A stretch of 64,000 nucleotides of DNA. Source: Candidatus Micrarchaeota archaeon. Lineage in GTDB: Archaea; Micrarchaeota; Micrarchaeia; Anstonellales; Bilamarchaeaceae. How positions within the stretch are numbered: position 1 is the first letter of the stretch; each line of letters starts with the position of its first letter. A program made the translations under genes and the position numbers. The stretch covers positions 282 through 64,281 of the forward strand of contig JAZDMN010000049.1 of NCBI GenBank assembly GCA_043800955.1, in the 5' to 3' direction. The notes beneath the pieces were generated by a model. It was not told where the DNA came from, searched no databases, and saw only the letters and a list, made by a program, of their open reading frames with translations. Below, piece after piece: positions 46,014-56,266 of this stretch.

Positions 46014-46901
46014 TCACATGGCCCGCAGGCGCTTCACCCTGTCATCTATCGGAGGGTGGGTGGAGCCCAAAAAACCGATTTTCTGCGGGAACGGGTTCGA
46101 GAAGTACAGCGATGCGGTCGTGTCGTTTGCCGCCCTGGTCGGAAGACCGGCTTTCCCGATTTTCTCGAGCGCGCTAGCGAGGCCCTCTGGATACCTTGTG
46201 ATGCGCGCGCCGTTGGCATCGGCCAGGTACTCGCGTTCTCGCGAGAGGGCGAATCTGACAATCTGGGCGAAAATGGGCGCGAGGATTACAAAAAAAAGCG
46301 CAATCAGTATCAGCGGGCCCCCTCCGCCGCGGTCCCTCCTGCCGCTTCCTCCGTAAAAGAGCATCCTCCAGGTGAAATCGCCCATCAAGGCAATCGCGCC
46401 TACGAACACGACGGCGAGCATTGAAAAGCGGATGTCGAAATTCGCGATATGGGATATCTCGTGCGCGACCACGCCCTCAAGCTCCTCGCGCTTCATCATG
46501 CCAAGGAGGCCGGTTGTCACTGCAACGGATGCATGCTTCGGGTCGCGCCCGGTCGCAAACGCGTTCGGCGAAGGGTCGTCTATGACATAGAGCCTGGGCA
46601 TCGGAATCTGCGATGCGAGCGCAAGCCCTTCGACGACGTTGTACAGGAACGGGTATTCCTCGCGCTTTGCCTCCTTTGCCCCGCTGATGGCCAGGATAAT
46701 CGAATCGCCCTGGAAATAGACCACAAGCGTATAGAAAAGCAGGGCGAAGAATCCCAGCACCGGCCCGCACAGCCCGATGTCGAATACGTAGGACATCGCC
46801 AGGGCTGTGGCCATGAAAAGAAAGAACATCGCGGCTACGAGGATAAGCGAATTCCGCCTATTCGCATCGGCCGCGTCAAAGAAGCTGATGTGCTGCGCCA
46901 T
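46014..46901 (-). CDS. htpX: protease HtpX (M48 zinc metalloprotease)
   Basis: TM helices, HEISHIANFD zinc motif. Confidence 0.8.
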   Translation of the reverse strand: MAQHISFFDAADANRRNSLILVAAMFFLFMATALAMSYVFDIGLCGPVLGFFALLFYTLVVYFQGDSIILAISGAKEAKREEYPFLYNVVEGLALASQIPMPRLYVIDDPSPNAFATGRDPKHASVAVTTGLLGMMKREELEGVVAHEISHIANFDIRFSMLAVVFVGAIALMGDFTWRMLFYGGSGRRDRGGGGPLILIALFFVILAPIFAQIVRFALSREREYLADANGARITRYPEGLASALEKIGKAGLPTRAANDTTASLYFSNPFPQKIGFLGSTHPPIDDRVKRLRAM

Positions 46902-46934
46902 CTTGGTACCAGCATCCGGTTTCCGGCATCCGCC

Positions 46935-47522
46935 TCACTCGAATTTGACCTTGGGCGCCTGCTTCTCGGCCTCCGGAGCCTCGAAATACGGCTTGCCCTT
47001 GAAACCGGTCATGCCGGCTACAACCGAGCTCGGGAACATCTCGATGGCGTTGTCGTACTCCAGGACCGAATCGTTATACGCGGTCCTGATGTACGCTATC
47101 TTGTTCTCGGTCCCTGCAAGCTCCTCCTGGAGGAGTTTGAAGTTCTGGCTCGCCTCCAGCTTCGGGTAGTTCTCGGCGACCGCGAAAAGCGACTTGAGCG
47201 TCTGGCTCAGCATGTTGTTGGCTTTTGCGCGCTCTTCTACCGAGCCGGTCATTATCGCGGCGCGGTATTTCGTTATATTCTCGAGCGTGGTCTTCTCGTG
47301 CTTCATGTAGCCCTTGACCGTCTCGATGAGGTTGGGTATGAGGTCGTACCTCCGCTTCAGCTGCACATCAATCTGGGCCCAGGCGTTGTCGACGCGGTTG
47401 CGGAGCGTGACAAGCCGGTTGTATGTCATGACGACATAGACCAAAAGCAGGAAGCCCAACGCAACTACGCAGAGCAGGACCGGCAATAACCCTATACCAA
47501 GAAGTAATTCTTCTCCAGCCAT
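46935..47522 (-). CDS. lemA: LemA family protein
   Basis: N-terminal [27 protein letters not shown] LemA signature; upstream partner of htpX. Confidence 0.8.
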   Translation of the reverse strand: MAGEELLLGIGLLPVLLCVVALGFLLLVYVVMTYNRLVTLRNRVDNAWAQIDVQLKRRYDLIPNLIETVKGYMKHEKTTLENITKYRAAIMTGSVEERAKANNMLSQTLKSLFAVAENYPKLEASQNFKLLQEELAGTENKIAYIRTAYNDSVLEYDNAIEMFPSSVVAGMTGFKGKPYFEAPEAEKQAPKVKFE

Positions 47523-47570
47523 TTAGTATATCACCGATATCGATTACGCAAAGAGAATTTTTAAGTATTA

Positions 47571-48095
47571 TCATGCGCCGCGGGGCCCTTCGCCCGCGCC
47601 CTGCTCATACGGCTGGTAATCCGCCTGCTGGCGTATGACGACTTCAAGGTCGATTGAACCGGATGCGGCCATCGCCCCAAGCTCGCGCTCGATTGCCCGT
47701 GTGAGCGCGCCGCGGAACACGTGGGCAAGCCCGGGCGAGTGCGGGGAGATTTTCATTACGGTTTTCCCCTCGCCGTCCCGGTACAGGCTTACCGTACCCA
47801 CGATTTCGGCTGTACGCTTGTTTTCCCCTTGATGGAATACCTCGAAAAAATCGACGATTTGGAGGTTCGCATGGGGCTCGGTCTGGAGGTCCTTAGCGCA
47901 TTTTAGGCCGTGCGCGTCCAGCTCCTGCGAAAGACCGTGGAATATCCCCGCAAGCTTTGCATTGTCAGGCACATGGACCCATATGGGGTAGCGGTCGATG
48001 TTTTCCGCATGCGGTTCGGCGAGCGGCTCCGCCTTCTGCGCGCGCCTTGCCTCTGATGTCCCTGCTGCCAGCGATAGTACTTTGCCTCCTGCCAT
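47571..48095 (-). CDS. hypothetical protein
   Basis: 174 aa, first gene of the lemA-htpX string. Confidence 0.4.
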   Translation of the reverse strand: MAGGKVLSLAAGTSEARRAQKAEPLAEPHAENIDRYPIWVHVPDNAKLAGIFHGLSQELDAHGLKCAKDLQTEPHANLQIVDFFEVFHQGENKRTAEIVGTVSLYRDGEGKTVMKISPHSPGLAHVFRGALTRAIERELGAMAASGSIDLEVVIRQQADYQPYEQGAGEGPRGA

Positions 48096-48197
48096 AATAG
48101 TATTTCAAACCACACTATTTTTAATTCATAAACAAGGGCGGCATGAATAGGAACGATGACGTGCGGGCATTTTATTACCTGAACGCGCAATGGAAGC

Positions 48198-48845
48198 ATG
48201 GCGTCCATACGGGTGATGGAGGAGAGGGAACGGGGGAAGATAGATTCGATTCCGATAAGGACCGGAAAACAGGCTGACAGCCAGGGCCTGGACACTGCCC
48301 TTTCCAGGCTCAGGGAATCCGGGTACGGGCCCGCTGCGGATGTCCTTCTGGCAAGAGTGAACCAGGAGCAGCAGAAGATGAAGCTTACGCCCGATGAAGC
48401 GGTGGCGATTGCAGGCTATCTTCAGGAGGATTTGGGGCGGATGCCTAATTGCGCACGGCTGCTCGAGACGATGCCGAGGGCCACCGTAGAGATAGTCAGG
48501 GCGAGCCGGGAAAGGGACGTCTCAATGGAGGATGCCGAGGATATCGCCAGGTATCTTTCGAATTTCCTTGCGATGATGGATTTGGGGAATGCCCGAAGGT
48601 TCGATGAGAGCGTGTCGCACGTCATAGGGAGGACGTATGAGCAGATAGACTGGTCCGGGGAGAACACAAGCGCTGAGGAGCAGAGGAGGGACTGGTCCAG
48701 ATACGGTGTCCCTGACTTTAAGACCGCTGAGCACTACCACAATTATCTGAGGCATGCCGTGACGATGCGCTGGTTTGCCAGGGCATTCCAGCCGCATGGA
48801 ACGCTTCCAGAAGACTTCGAAGATGTGCTCAATCGCGGGGAATGA
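48198..48845 (+). CDS. hypothetical protein
   Basis: 215 aa, no motif. Confidence 0.4.
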   Translation: MASIRVMEERERGKIDSIPIRTGKQADSQGLDTALSRLRESGYGPAADVLLARVNQEQQKMKLTPDEAVAIAGYLQEDLGRMPNCARLLETMPRATVEIVRASRERDVSMEDAEDIARYLSNFLAMMDLGNARRFDESVSHVIGRTYEQIDWSGENTSAEEQRRDWSRYGVPDFKTAEHYHNYLRHAVTMRWFARAFQPHGTLPEDFEDVLNRGE

Positions 48846-49094
48846 CTACTCCAGCCCCGCTACAAAACGAGCCCATTCCTCCTCGCTTAAGTCTACGGAG
48901 AGCTTCTTCCTTTTCGATGTCAGGCCGGACACAATCCGCACCTGCTTCCCCAGGAGCCGGGACAGGTTCTGAATCAGTTCGATGTTCGCACGGTTCTTCT
49001 CCGGCTCGCTAATCAGCATGACCTTGAGCCTGCCGTTCTTGTAGCTGACGGAGAATTTCGGGGAACTTGGAACCACGCTGATTTCGATTATCAT
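48846..49094 (-). CDS. DUF167 (YggU-like) protein
   Basis: IEISVVPSSPKFSV...VMLISEPEKNRANIELIQNLSRLLGKQVRIVSGLTSKRKKLSV; start overlaps upstream stop (ATGA). Confidence 0.6.
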   Translation of the reverse strand: MIIEISVVPSSPKFSVSYKNGRLKVMLISEPEKNRANIELIQNLSRLLGKQVRIVSGLTSKRKKLSVDLSEEEWARFVAGLE

Positions 49095-49744
49095 CTGTTC
49101 GCCTTGATGTACGCCTGGAGGTCGTCCGAGCTCCTGAAGCCATCGTATGTCCTGCCGTTGATGATGATTGAGGGATATGAAGTGACGTTGTACTGCATTG
49201 CGAATGCCTCCGCGACCGGGCTTCCAATCTCGCCGTCGAAAGAGAACAGCTTGACATCGATGCCATCCGAGGTGAGGGCGTCGCGCGCCTTCAGTATCTC
49301 CACGCCCTGTTCCCTGCAACGCTCGCAGCCCGCATTCGAATAGAAGTTTATCAGGAGGACCGAATCGTCGCCGCAGAGGGTGCGGACCTTCTGCGAAAGG
49401 AGGTATGATTCCGCCTCGACAATGAAATACTTCTTCTTGAGCTCGGCATCATATATCCCCTTCTCGTCCTCAAGATACGTCAGCCTGTACCCGATGCGCT
49501 CGACGTCTCCGTCTATGGAATCGAGCGAGGATGAGTAGACCGGGCAGAACGATGAGGAATTGCCTTCAGCCAGGAGGAGGAGCTGTATCGATGCAACCTT
49601 CTCCGATATATTGGACACATCTTCGGAAATCGAGCGGACGTTCGCCTCATCGATAAGCGTGCCGATGTAGATTCCTATTATGAAAATCACGAGCGAGATG
49701 AGGAACGCGGCCGCATAAATCGGGACGTTGACTGTCCGTTTCAT
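49091..49744 (-). CDS. membrane-anchored thioredoxin-fold protein
   Basis: N-terminal TM, CERC redox motif. Confidence 0.5.
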   Translation of the reverse strand: MKRTVNVPIYAAAFLISLVIFIIGIYIGTLIDEANVRSISEDVSNISEKVASIQLLLLAEGNSSSFCPVYSSSLDSIDGDVERIGYRLTYLEDEKGIYDAELKKKYFIVEAESYLLSQKVRTLCGDDSVLLINFYSNAGCERCREQGVEILKARDALTSDGIDVKLFSFDGEIGSPVAEAFAMQYNVTSYPSIIINGRTYDGFRSSDDLQAYIKANR

Positions 49745-49748
49745 AGGT

Positions 49749-50936
49749 TCACCAGGAATACTGTTCCCTCTTGAGCTCCTTGAAAAGGAATAGGACGTTG
49801 TAGCCCACCATGATGTACCAGTAGAAGATGAGGAACAAGGCGAGATAGCGGAGCTTTACTTTCTCGTTGCCGTAGCTCTGCACGGCGAGCCACAGGAAGA
49901 ATGTCGAGGTGAGCATTACGATTGTGCCGACGAAAGTGACGAACGTCACGTCCATCCCCAGGGCATCGAACCAGATATACTGGACGTAGTACGGCGTGGA
50001 CAGAATCGAGTAGGCCAGGATGCCAAGCAGGAGGAAGAACGCTGTTAGGGCGGCGAAGTTGAGCGGCACGAAATACATGCCGAAGTCGCCGTATTCCGGC
50101 TTAATCATGTGGCGGTATTTCCAATAGTTCCGTATGCCGCCCCTCTGCCAGCGCACGCGCTGGGTTATGAGGTCCGACATGTTATCCGGAGGCTCTGTGT
50201 AGACGTCGGCCGTCATCGAGCTCCTTATCTTGAAGTTCGCCGCCTGAATCCTGAGCGCGATTTCCTGGTCCTCGACCAGGTTGTGCTCGTCGAAATAGCC
50301 GATTTTGTCGAACACCTCACGCCTGAACATGGAGAACGGACCCGGGGTAACCGGCACAGAATCGATGAAGCTGAGCAGTTTCCTCGAAAAAAGAATCATC
50401 AGGTACTCCACGCGCTGGAACTCTTTCAGCCAGGAGCCGCTTTCGCGGATTTTCACGGCTGGCGTGACTGCCATGACGTCCTTCTCGGAAAAATACGGGA
50501 TGAGCTCGCGGATGGTGTTCCTTGTGACGAACGAGTCCGCATCCATCGTGGCGACAAGCTCGCCTGTAGCCTTTTTCAGGCCGAAATTCAGCGCTGCGCC
50601 CTTGCCAGAGTTCGGCTTCGTGAACACGTGGATGTTTTTGCCCTCGAAGGCTTTCGCGACGCGGTATGTGTTGTCGGTCGAGCCGTCATCGACGATTATC
50701 AGCTCCAACCTGTCCTTGGGATAATCCAGGTCGAGAAGGGTGCGGATTGACGAGACGATGTATTTCTCCTCGTTGAATGCCGGCATCACAATGGAGACCA
50801 GTGGCGTCCAGCCCGTGCGTTTGAGGGGCTTGTGGTAGTCGTTCCTGTGCTTCAGGTAGAGCAATATGAATACGTTGAGCGAGAAGAGGGAGAAGAACGC
50901 TATCACGTAATTCAACGAAGTGACGATGTCTTCCAT
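49749..50936 (-). CDS. family 2 glycosyltransferase, membrane-integrated
   Basis: SIVMPAFNEEKYI ... DDGSTD ... QRVRW-type motifs, C-terminal TM bundle. Confidence 0.7.
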   Translation of the reverse strand: MEDIVTSLNYVIAFFSLFSLNVFILLYLKHRNDYHKPLKRTGWTPLVSIVMPAFNEEKYIVSSIRTLLDLDYPKDRLELIIVDDGSTDNTYRVAKAFEGKNIHVFTKPNSGKGAALNFGLKKATGELVATMDADSFVTRNTIRELIPYFSEKDVMAVTPAVKIRESGSWLKEFQRVEYLMILFSRKLLSFIDSVPVTPGPFSMFRREVFDKIGYFDEHNLVEDQEIALRIQAANFKIRSSMTADVYTEPPDNMSDLITQRVRWQRGGIRNYWKYRHMIKPEYGDFGMYFVPLNFAALTAFFLLLGILAYSILSTPYYVQYIWFDALGMDVTFVTFVGTIVMLTSTFFLWLAVQSYGNEKVKLRYLALFLIFYWYIMVGYNVLFLFKELKREQYSW

Positions 50937-50993
50937 GGATGTTTACCTTCGGGGATAGTATCGGAAAGAATATTAAAAGGATGGCGCTGGCCC

Positions 50994-51842
50994 TTAGAGA
51001 AGAAGGAGGCTCTTTGCAAAGAGCATCGCGAGCACCATGCCAAGCAGGATGAAAGGAACGAACGGCGGGAGCTTCGTATACACCCAGACCTCGCCCACCT
51101 TCGTCTTCTTGAGCCGGGCGATCTCGTCCTTGTTCATCAGGCGCGGAATCTTGTATCGCTCAATCATGTCCTTGTTCATCACTTCCAGGGCAAGGACGTC
51201 CTCAGGCTCAAGCTGCGAGACCGGGAGCTCTTCGGCCAGCATCTGATTCAACGTATCCCGGAACATCATGAAGAAGACAGTCGCGAAAATCGAGATGGTC
51301 ACGAACGCGAAGAAGACAGGCGAGAAGAGGAAGGAGTTGATGAAGAAATACGCAAAGAGCGCGTATGGGATGAGGACAAGCGCGTAAAGAAGCTTGGGCT
51401 TGGCTTCGACCTGTGTCAGCTTGAAGCCGAAATAAAGCAGCACGTACAGCGCGAAGAGTATCCCGGAGAAGATGAACACCGAGAAGATGAACGGCAGGTT
51501 GAACGGCAAGCCAGAGTAGCTCGGGTGTATGGGGAGCAGAAGCATGATGGCTGCGAGCACGAAAAGGTCCGCCCCGCCGAGCTGGCCGACACGGTAGAAG
51601 AGGTATCCGATTGCCGAAAGGAACACAGTGATGCCAATCGAGAACATGAAGAGCGTCGCATCGTAGAACACGAGGTTCACGATGAAGGCAATGGCCAGGA
51701 ACGCAAAAAGAAGCTGATCAGGTATGTTCTTCTTGTTGAAAACATCGTAATAGGCGGTTACCGAGGTGCCGAGGAAAGCAAGGATGATGCGTACTGCCTC
51801 TCCAGGCATGGTTATCTGGCCGAAAATGACATCTTCTAACAT
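50994..51842 (-). CDS. A24-family prepilin/preflagellin peptidase (PibD/FlaK-like)
   Basis: Polytopic; first Asp in AYYDVF, second in GGAD motif. Confidence 0.55.
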   Translation of the reverse strand: MLEDVIFGQITMPGEAVRIILAFLGTSVTAYYDVFNKKNIPDQLLFAFLAIAFIVNLVFYDATLFMFSIGITVFLSAIGYLFYRVGQLGGADLFVLAAIMLLLPIHPSYSGLPFNLPFIFSVFIFSGILFALYVLLYFGFKLTQVEAKPKLLYALVLIPYALFAYFFINSFLFSPVFFAFVTISIFATVFFMMFRDTLNQMLAEELPVSQLEPEDVLALEVMNKDMIERYKIPRLMNKDEIARLKKTKVGEVWVYTKLPPFVPFILLGMVLAMLFAKSLLLL

Positions 51843-51891
51843 ATCAATACCTCAAATGAAACAATAATGTCTGGAAGCCTTTTAAAGAATA

Positions 51892-53520
51892 CTATTTTTC
51901 CCCATGCACCCCATACGAGGCCACTTTCTCCGCCAGGGCGCAGAGGGGCTCCGGAACTCCTGCGCGGTCAAGGACCTTGCGCATCAGGCCGATGTCCTCT
52001 TCCCTGAAGCATTTGAGGGCGAGCGATACCGCGACAAAGAGCGCTCCGGAAAGCCCTATCAGGAGGCCAAGATATGCAAGATAGATGGCCTTGGGGATGT
52101 ACTCGCCTGCGCCTGCCTGGGCGATGATTGCGGATGCAGCATCCGAAACCAGAGGCTTGACGAAAAACACGGCCAGAAGGACTATGGCCATTGAGAAGAG
52201 CAGTTTGTACGCCTCAGGCGGATTTGAGAATCCAATCAGCTTCCTTGCATAGTGGGTTAGCAGGAGCGTACTCAGGATGAAGCTCGCGACCGAAGCGGCC
52301 GCCGCACCCTCCATGCCATACATCGGGATGAGCAGCAGATTGAGCGCGACGTTCACGATGCCGCATGCCACTGCAACGAAGAGCTCGATTTTAACAAGGC
52401 GCATGGCTGTGAGGGCGAGCGAGGCCATGAACGAGAACGAGGCGATGACCAGGCCCAGGGTGAATAAGGCCATCGATGCCGCGCCCCCGGAATATTGGGA
52501 GCCGTAAAACACCGAAAGCATGTCGCCGGAGAACGCCATCATCACCGCCGCCACCGGGAGCGTGATGAAAAGGGACCAGCGCTGAGCCGTTGCCATGACT
52601 TCCCGCATCCCTTCAAGGTCGTTCTTCCCGGAAAGGCGGGATACGAGCGGGAGGAAGATGCTACCGACAGAGCCTGGGAAGACCATCAGGACTGCTGCGA
52701 GGGTGGTCGCCATGGAATATACCGCTACCATGGCCGCAGAGGATGATGGCTCAACCATAAATCCGAGAATGAGCCTGTCCGAAGAGGCGATTATCGTGGA
52801 GAAGTACTGTACAACAGCGACGGTCAGGCCAAGTGGGACTATTTCGGAAAAAAGCTCCTGCTTCCCGAGGCCAGCCTTACCATGCATCGATGCGACCGAG
52901 CGGAACACAGGGAGGCATGAGGCGAAAAAGGCCAGCAGAACCGAGATGACGAAGCCCGCGCTGATTGTCATCACCGATGGCCCGAATGCGTAGAACAGAA
53001 GGACCGTGACTACCAGCTTGATGAGGTTCTGGAGGTTCTGGTACAGCTGCGAGCCCCTGATGTCTGCGATGCCCTGCAGGTAGAGATAATTCAGCCTGAA
53101 GAGGTTCCCGAGCAGGATGTATACCGAAAGGATGCGTATGGCCTCAGGCAGGCGCGCATTTCCGTAGATTCCACCGATGTTGTCGGCCTGCCAGAAAAGA
53201 ACGGCCATTATTATAACCGAGAGGAGTGTGAGGTACCTGTAGCTAAGGGAAAGTAGGTCCCGGATTTTGCCTCTTTCGCCCTTTCCTTCGAAATACGGGA
53301 CATAGCGCGTGAACGCGCCGGAAATACCGATGTCGCTGAAAATCCATATGAGGGACATCGCGCTAAGGGCGAGATAGAATGTGCCTATGTCTTCCTGCGA
53401 GGCCGCGCGCGCGATGAGCACCACGTAAACGAACGAGACTAGTTTGAAGAACGCGCTTCCTACAAGGCTCCAGAAGCTGCCTCTTGCAACCTCCTTGGAA
53501 TGTTGGGATATTTCTGCCAT
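51892..53520 (-). CDS. polysaccharide biosynthesis protein / oligosaccharide flippase (Wzx/MOP superfamily)
   Basis: 542 aa, 12-14 TM helices. Confidence 0.65.
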   Translation of the reverse strand: MAEISQHSKEVARGSFWSLVGSAFFKLVSFVYVVLIARAASQEDIGTFYLALSAMSLIWIFSDIGISGAFTRYVPYFEGKGERGKIRDLLSLSYRYLTLLSVIIMAVLFWQADNIGGIYGNARLPEAIRILSVYILLGNLFRLNYLYLQGIADIRGSQLYQNLQNLIKLVVTVLLFYAFGPSVMTISAGFVISVLLAFFASCLPVFRSVASMHGKAGLGKQELFSEIVPLGLTVAVVQYFSTIIASSDRLILGFMVEPSSSAAMVAVYSMATTLAAVLMVFPGSVGSIFLPLVSRLSGKNDLEGMREVMATAQRWSLFITLPVAAVMMAFSGDMLSVFYGSQYSGGAASMALFTLGLVIASFSFMASLALTAMRLVKIELFVAVACGIVNVALNLLLIPMYGMEGAAAASVASFILSTLLLTHYARKLIGFSNPPEAYKLLFSMAIVLLAVFFVKPLVSDAASAIIAQAGAGEYIPKAIYLAYLGLLIGLSGALFVAVSLALKCFREEDIGLMRKVLDRAGVPEPLCALAEKVASYGVHGEK

Positions 53521-53539
53521 TTTTGTGACCTACTGTTGC

Positions 53540-54445
53540 TTACGGGTAATGCCGGATGAGCAGGTCGACTCCCTGCTCTAATTCGGTTTTGGCCCGGAAG
53601 CCGAGCCCTGTTGCCGCTTTTGTCGTGTCCGCCTGCGTATGGGCGACATAATTCTTTATCGTGTTCGGGCGGTATTCGGGCTTGATGCTGGTTTTGAGCT
53701 TCGAGTTCAGCATCGCAACCACATCGTTGAGGGAGACGCTTCTGCCGGTGCCAACGTTGAACACGTCCGTCCCGTCGAATTTGAGCGCGAGTATATTGGC
53801 CTCAACGACATCATCCACGTAGATGAAATCGCGCGTCTGCGAGCCGTCCCCGAGGATGATTGGTGCCTTGCCGGCCTTCATGTCCCATAGGAACTGCGTG
53901 ACGAGATTGGCGTATCTGCCTTTTGCGCGCTCATTCTTGCCATAGACGCTGAAGTAGCGCAGGCCGATGCTTTTCACGCCGTAGAAATCGCTGTAGAGCC
54001 TCGCGATTCGCTCCATCGAGAAGCGGCCTTCTGTGTAGAAGTCGGTCGTCTTGATGTCCATTGATTCATGGTGGGGCGGTGCGTTGCCGTTGTACAGCGA
54101 GCTGGATGATGCGTAGACTAACTTGCACGGGTTTTTCCGCACGAACTCTAGCACGGATATCCATTCGTCAAGAACCTTTGCGGTAAGATGCGGATTCTCC
54201 TTGTACATCGGGGAGGAGGAGTAGATGCCGTCATGGATGATGGCGTCGAATTTCTCCCCTAGCACTTGGATTTCGCCTGCGCTTTTCTTTATTACCTTGA
54301 CCTTCCCCTTGATTGCGCTGAGGTTGCTTTCAACCCCGGTGTGCAGATTGTCGAGGCATATGACCTCATGCCCGTCCCGCACAAGCCGCTCGGAAATGTT
54401 CGACCCGATAAAGCCCATCGCTCCTGTAACGAGTATCTTCATCAT
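53540..54445 (-). CDS. NAD-dependent sugar epimerase/dehydratase (SDR)
   Basis: ILVTGAMGFIGSNI Rossmann motif, YxxxK. Confidence 0.75.
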   Translation of the reverse strand: MMKILVTGAMGFIGSNISERLVRDGHEVICLDNLHTGVESNLSAIKGKVKVIKKSAGEIQVLGEKFDAIIHDGIYSSSPMYKENPHLTAKVLDEWISVLEFVRKNPCKLVYASSSSLYNGNAPPHHESMDIKTTDFYTEGRFSMERIARLYSDFYGVKSIGLRYFSVYGKNERAKGRYANLVTQFLWDMKAGKAPIILGDGSQTRDFIYVDDVVEANILALKFDGTDVFNVGTGRSVSLNDVVAMLNSKLKTSIKPEYRPNTIKNYVAHTQADTTKAATGLGFRAKTELEQGVDLLIRHYP

Positions 54446-54512
54446 ATCAACCCTGAAATAGGATGTGAATCCTCAGTTTCGGTTTTAAACCCTGCCGCGC
54501 CATTCCCTAACG

Positions 54513-55175
54513 ATGGACATTGAGACATGGCTCACGAATTTTGCGCAGGAGGTTTATGGGAGGTTCGTTCTGCTCGCCCTGGCCCCGCTGCAGAACCAGG
54601 ACATGCTCTGGGCCGCCATACCCCTTGTGATAGCGACGCTCTTCATCACGCTGTATTTCGGACGCAACAGGAGGGAGGAGCTCGGCTGGAACACGGCCTT
54701 TGGCAACACGATGGTGTTCCTTTTTGTCGCGATAAGCCTGATCAGGGAGATGTACAGGCAGAGCGGCTCCTGGAACAGCATTTTCTCGAACGAGCTGTAC
54801 CTGCTGCTTTCCATAGCGCTCTCGTCGGCCAGCATCCTGCTGATGTTCATAACGTACTTCCATCTCATGCCCAAGCGCGTGGCCTTTTTCCTTTTCTCGG
54901 CGCCCCCGATAAACGTCACGGTCTATGTGGCCATGAGTATAATTTATGCGAATGTCGCCCCGGACATTTTGACTGTGCTGGCGGGGGTGCTGCTGATTGC
55001 CGTGATAGTGGTTGCGGCGAAAATTATCCGGGCATTCGTCAGGCTGCTTGGGCTTGAGGACAAGTCGGATGCGGATGGGCAACTGAGGATAGATGAGCTG
55101 GCTGAAAAAGTGGAAGCCGAACTTGAGAGGAAGAGGGAAAGGAAGAAAAAGGCCCCCGGACCCATCAATCCCTAA
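54513..55175 (+). CDS. hypothetical membrane protein with charged C-terminal tail
   Basis: Five or so TM helices, KE-rich tail. Confidence 0.45.
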   Translation: MDIETWLTNFAQEVYGRFVLLALAPLQNQDMLWAAIPLVIATLFITLYFGRNRREELGWNTAFGNTMVFLFVAISLIREMYRQSGSWNSIFSNELYLLLSIALSSASILLMFITYFHLMPKRVAFFLFSAPPINVTVYVAMSIIYANVAPDILTVLAGVLLIAVIVVAAKIIRAFVRLLGLEDKSDADGQLRIDELAEKVEAELERKRERKKKAPGPINP

Positions 55176-56266
55176 GCTGCGGCCCTCTCATACGCCCTTA
55201 GGTATCCATCAACCATCCTGCTTATGCTGAAAAGCCGGCTCCGCTTTCCGACCTTCTTCCGCAGTGCGCTGGCGACGTTATCTCCTGAAAGCGCAGTGCT
55301 TATTTTTTCGGCCAAATCGTGTTTGTCACCGGCTTTGAAATAGATTGCTGCATCGCCAAGCACCTCCCGCAATGGCGAGATGTCCGAGGCGATTATCGCC
55401 GATGATGAAGCGAGCGCTTCAATCGCCACGATTGATAGGCCTTCGAACCGCGATGGTAGGATGACCAAATCCGCATGGTGCATGAGCGCATATTTCTGCG
55501 GCTCACTGATGGGCCCGAGAAGATGGAAACGCTTTGCCAGGCCCGCCTTGGAAGCGAACTCCCGCATCTCTTCAACATATGGTTTGTCCTCGAGCGGGCC
55601 TGCTACATACAGATGCGCGTTCCGGAAGCCTTCGGAAGCGAGGGAGCGAAGAACAATATCTATCCCTTTTGGCCTCCATACGCGGCCAAGGCAAAGGATG
55701 TTCGGCCCTTCTGTCTCAAAGGGGATCTGGCTTGCGGCATCGATGGCCTCGCCGATAGCATCCAGGTCCACACCGTTGTATATGACCGCGATTTTTTTCT
55801 CCGGCATATGAACGTCCTGGACAAGCCTGGACTTGATATGTGTGGAGACCGTGGTGATTTCCCTGGCCGCCATTCCGGAGGCGTATTCGGCCAGGTGCAT
55901 CCCGTTGCGCTGGGCCCACATCACCGGGTGGATGCCGCTTCTTGAAGCGTATAAATCGCCGGAATAGACATGGACGCTCATCACGGTTTTTTTCCTAAGG
56001 GCAAAGGGAAGCGTCACGAACGGGTTGTGGGAATGGATTATATCGAACCCGGACGTTTCGCGGGATATTGCTGCAGTTGCGGCTTTGAACTGAAGGTACG
56101 GGGAAAAGAGCGGATTGTTGAAATCTATATTGTTTGGGAGACTGAATGGGACAATTGACGGCGAAAATCCGTGCTCTGGAAGCCGCTCAAGAAGGTGGCG
56201 GATGACTGTTTCAACCCCGCCAATCGCATCGGGCCTGAAGAAAGGGCAGAGAATCCCGACTTTCAT
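55172..56266 (-). CDS. family 4 (GT-B) glycosyltransferase
   Basis: EGLSIVAIEALASSSAIIASD retaining GT-B motif. Confidence 0.7.
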   Translation of the reverse strand: MKVGILCPFFRPDAIGGVETVIRHLLERLPEHGFSPSIVPFSLPNNIDFNNPLFSPYLQFKAATAAISRETSGFDIIHSHNPFVTLPFALRKKTVMSVHVYSGDLYASRSGIHPVMWAQRNGMHLAEYASGMAAREITTVSTHIKSRLVQDVHMPEKKIAVIYNGVDLDAIGEAIDAASQIPFETEGPNILCLGRVWRPKGIDIVLRSLASEGFRNAHLYVAGPLEDKPYVEEMREFASKAGLAKRFHLLGPISEPQKYALMHHADLVILPSRFEGLSIVAIEALASSSAIIASDISPLREVLGDAAIYFKAGDKHDLAEKISTALSGDNVASALRKKVGKRSRLFSISRMVDGYLRAYERAAA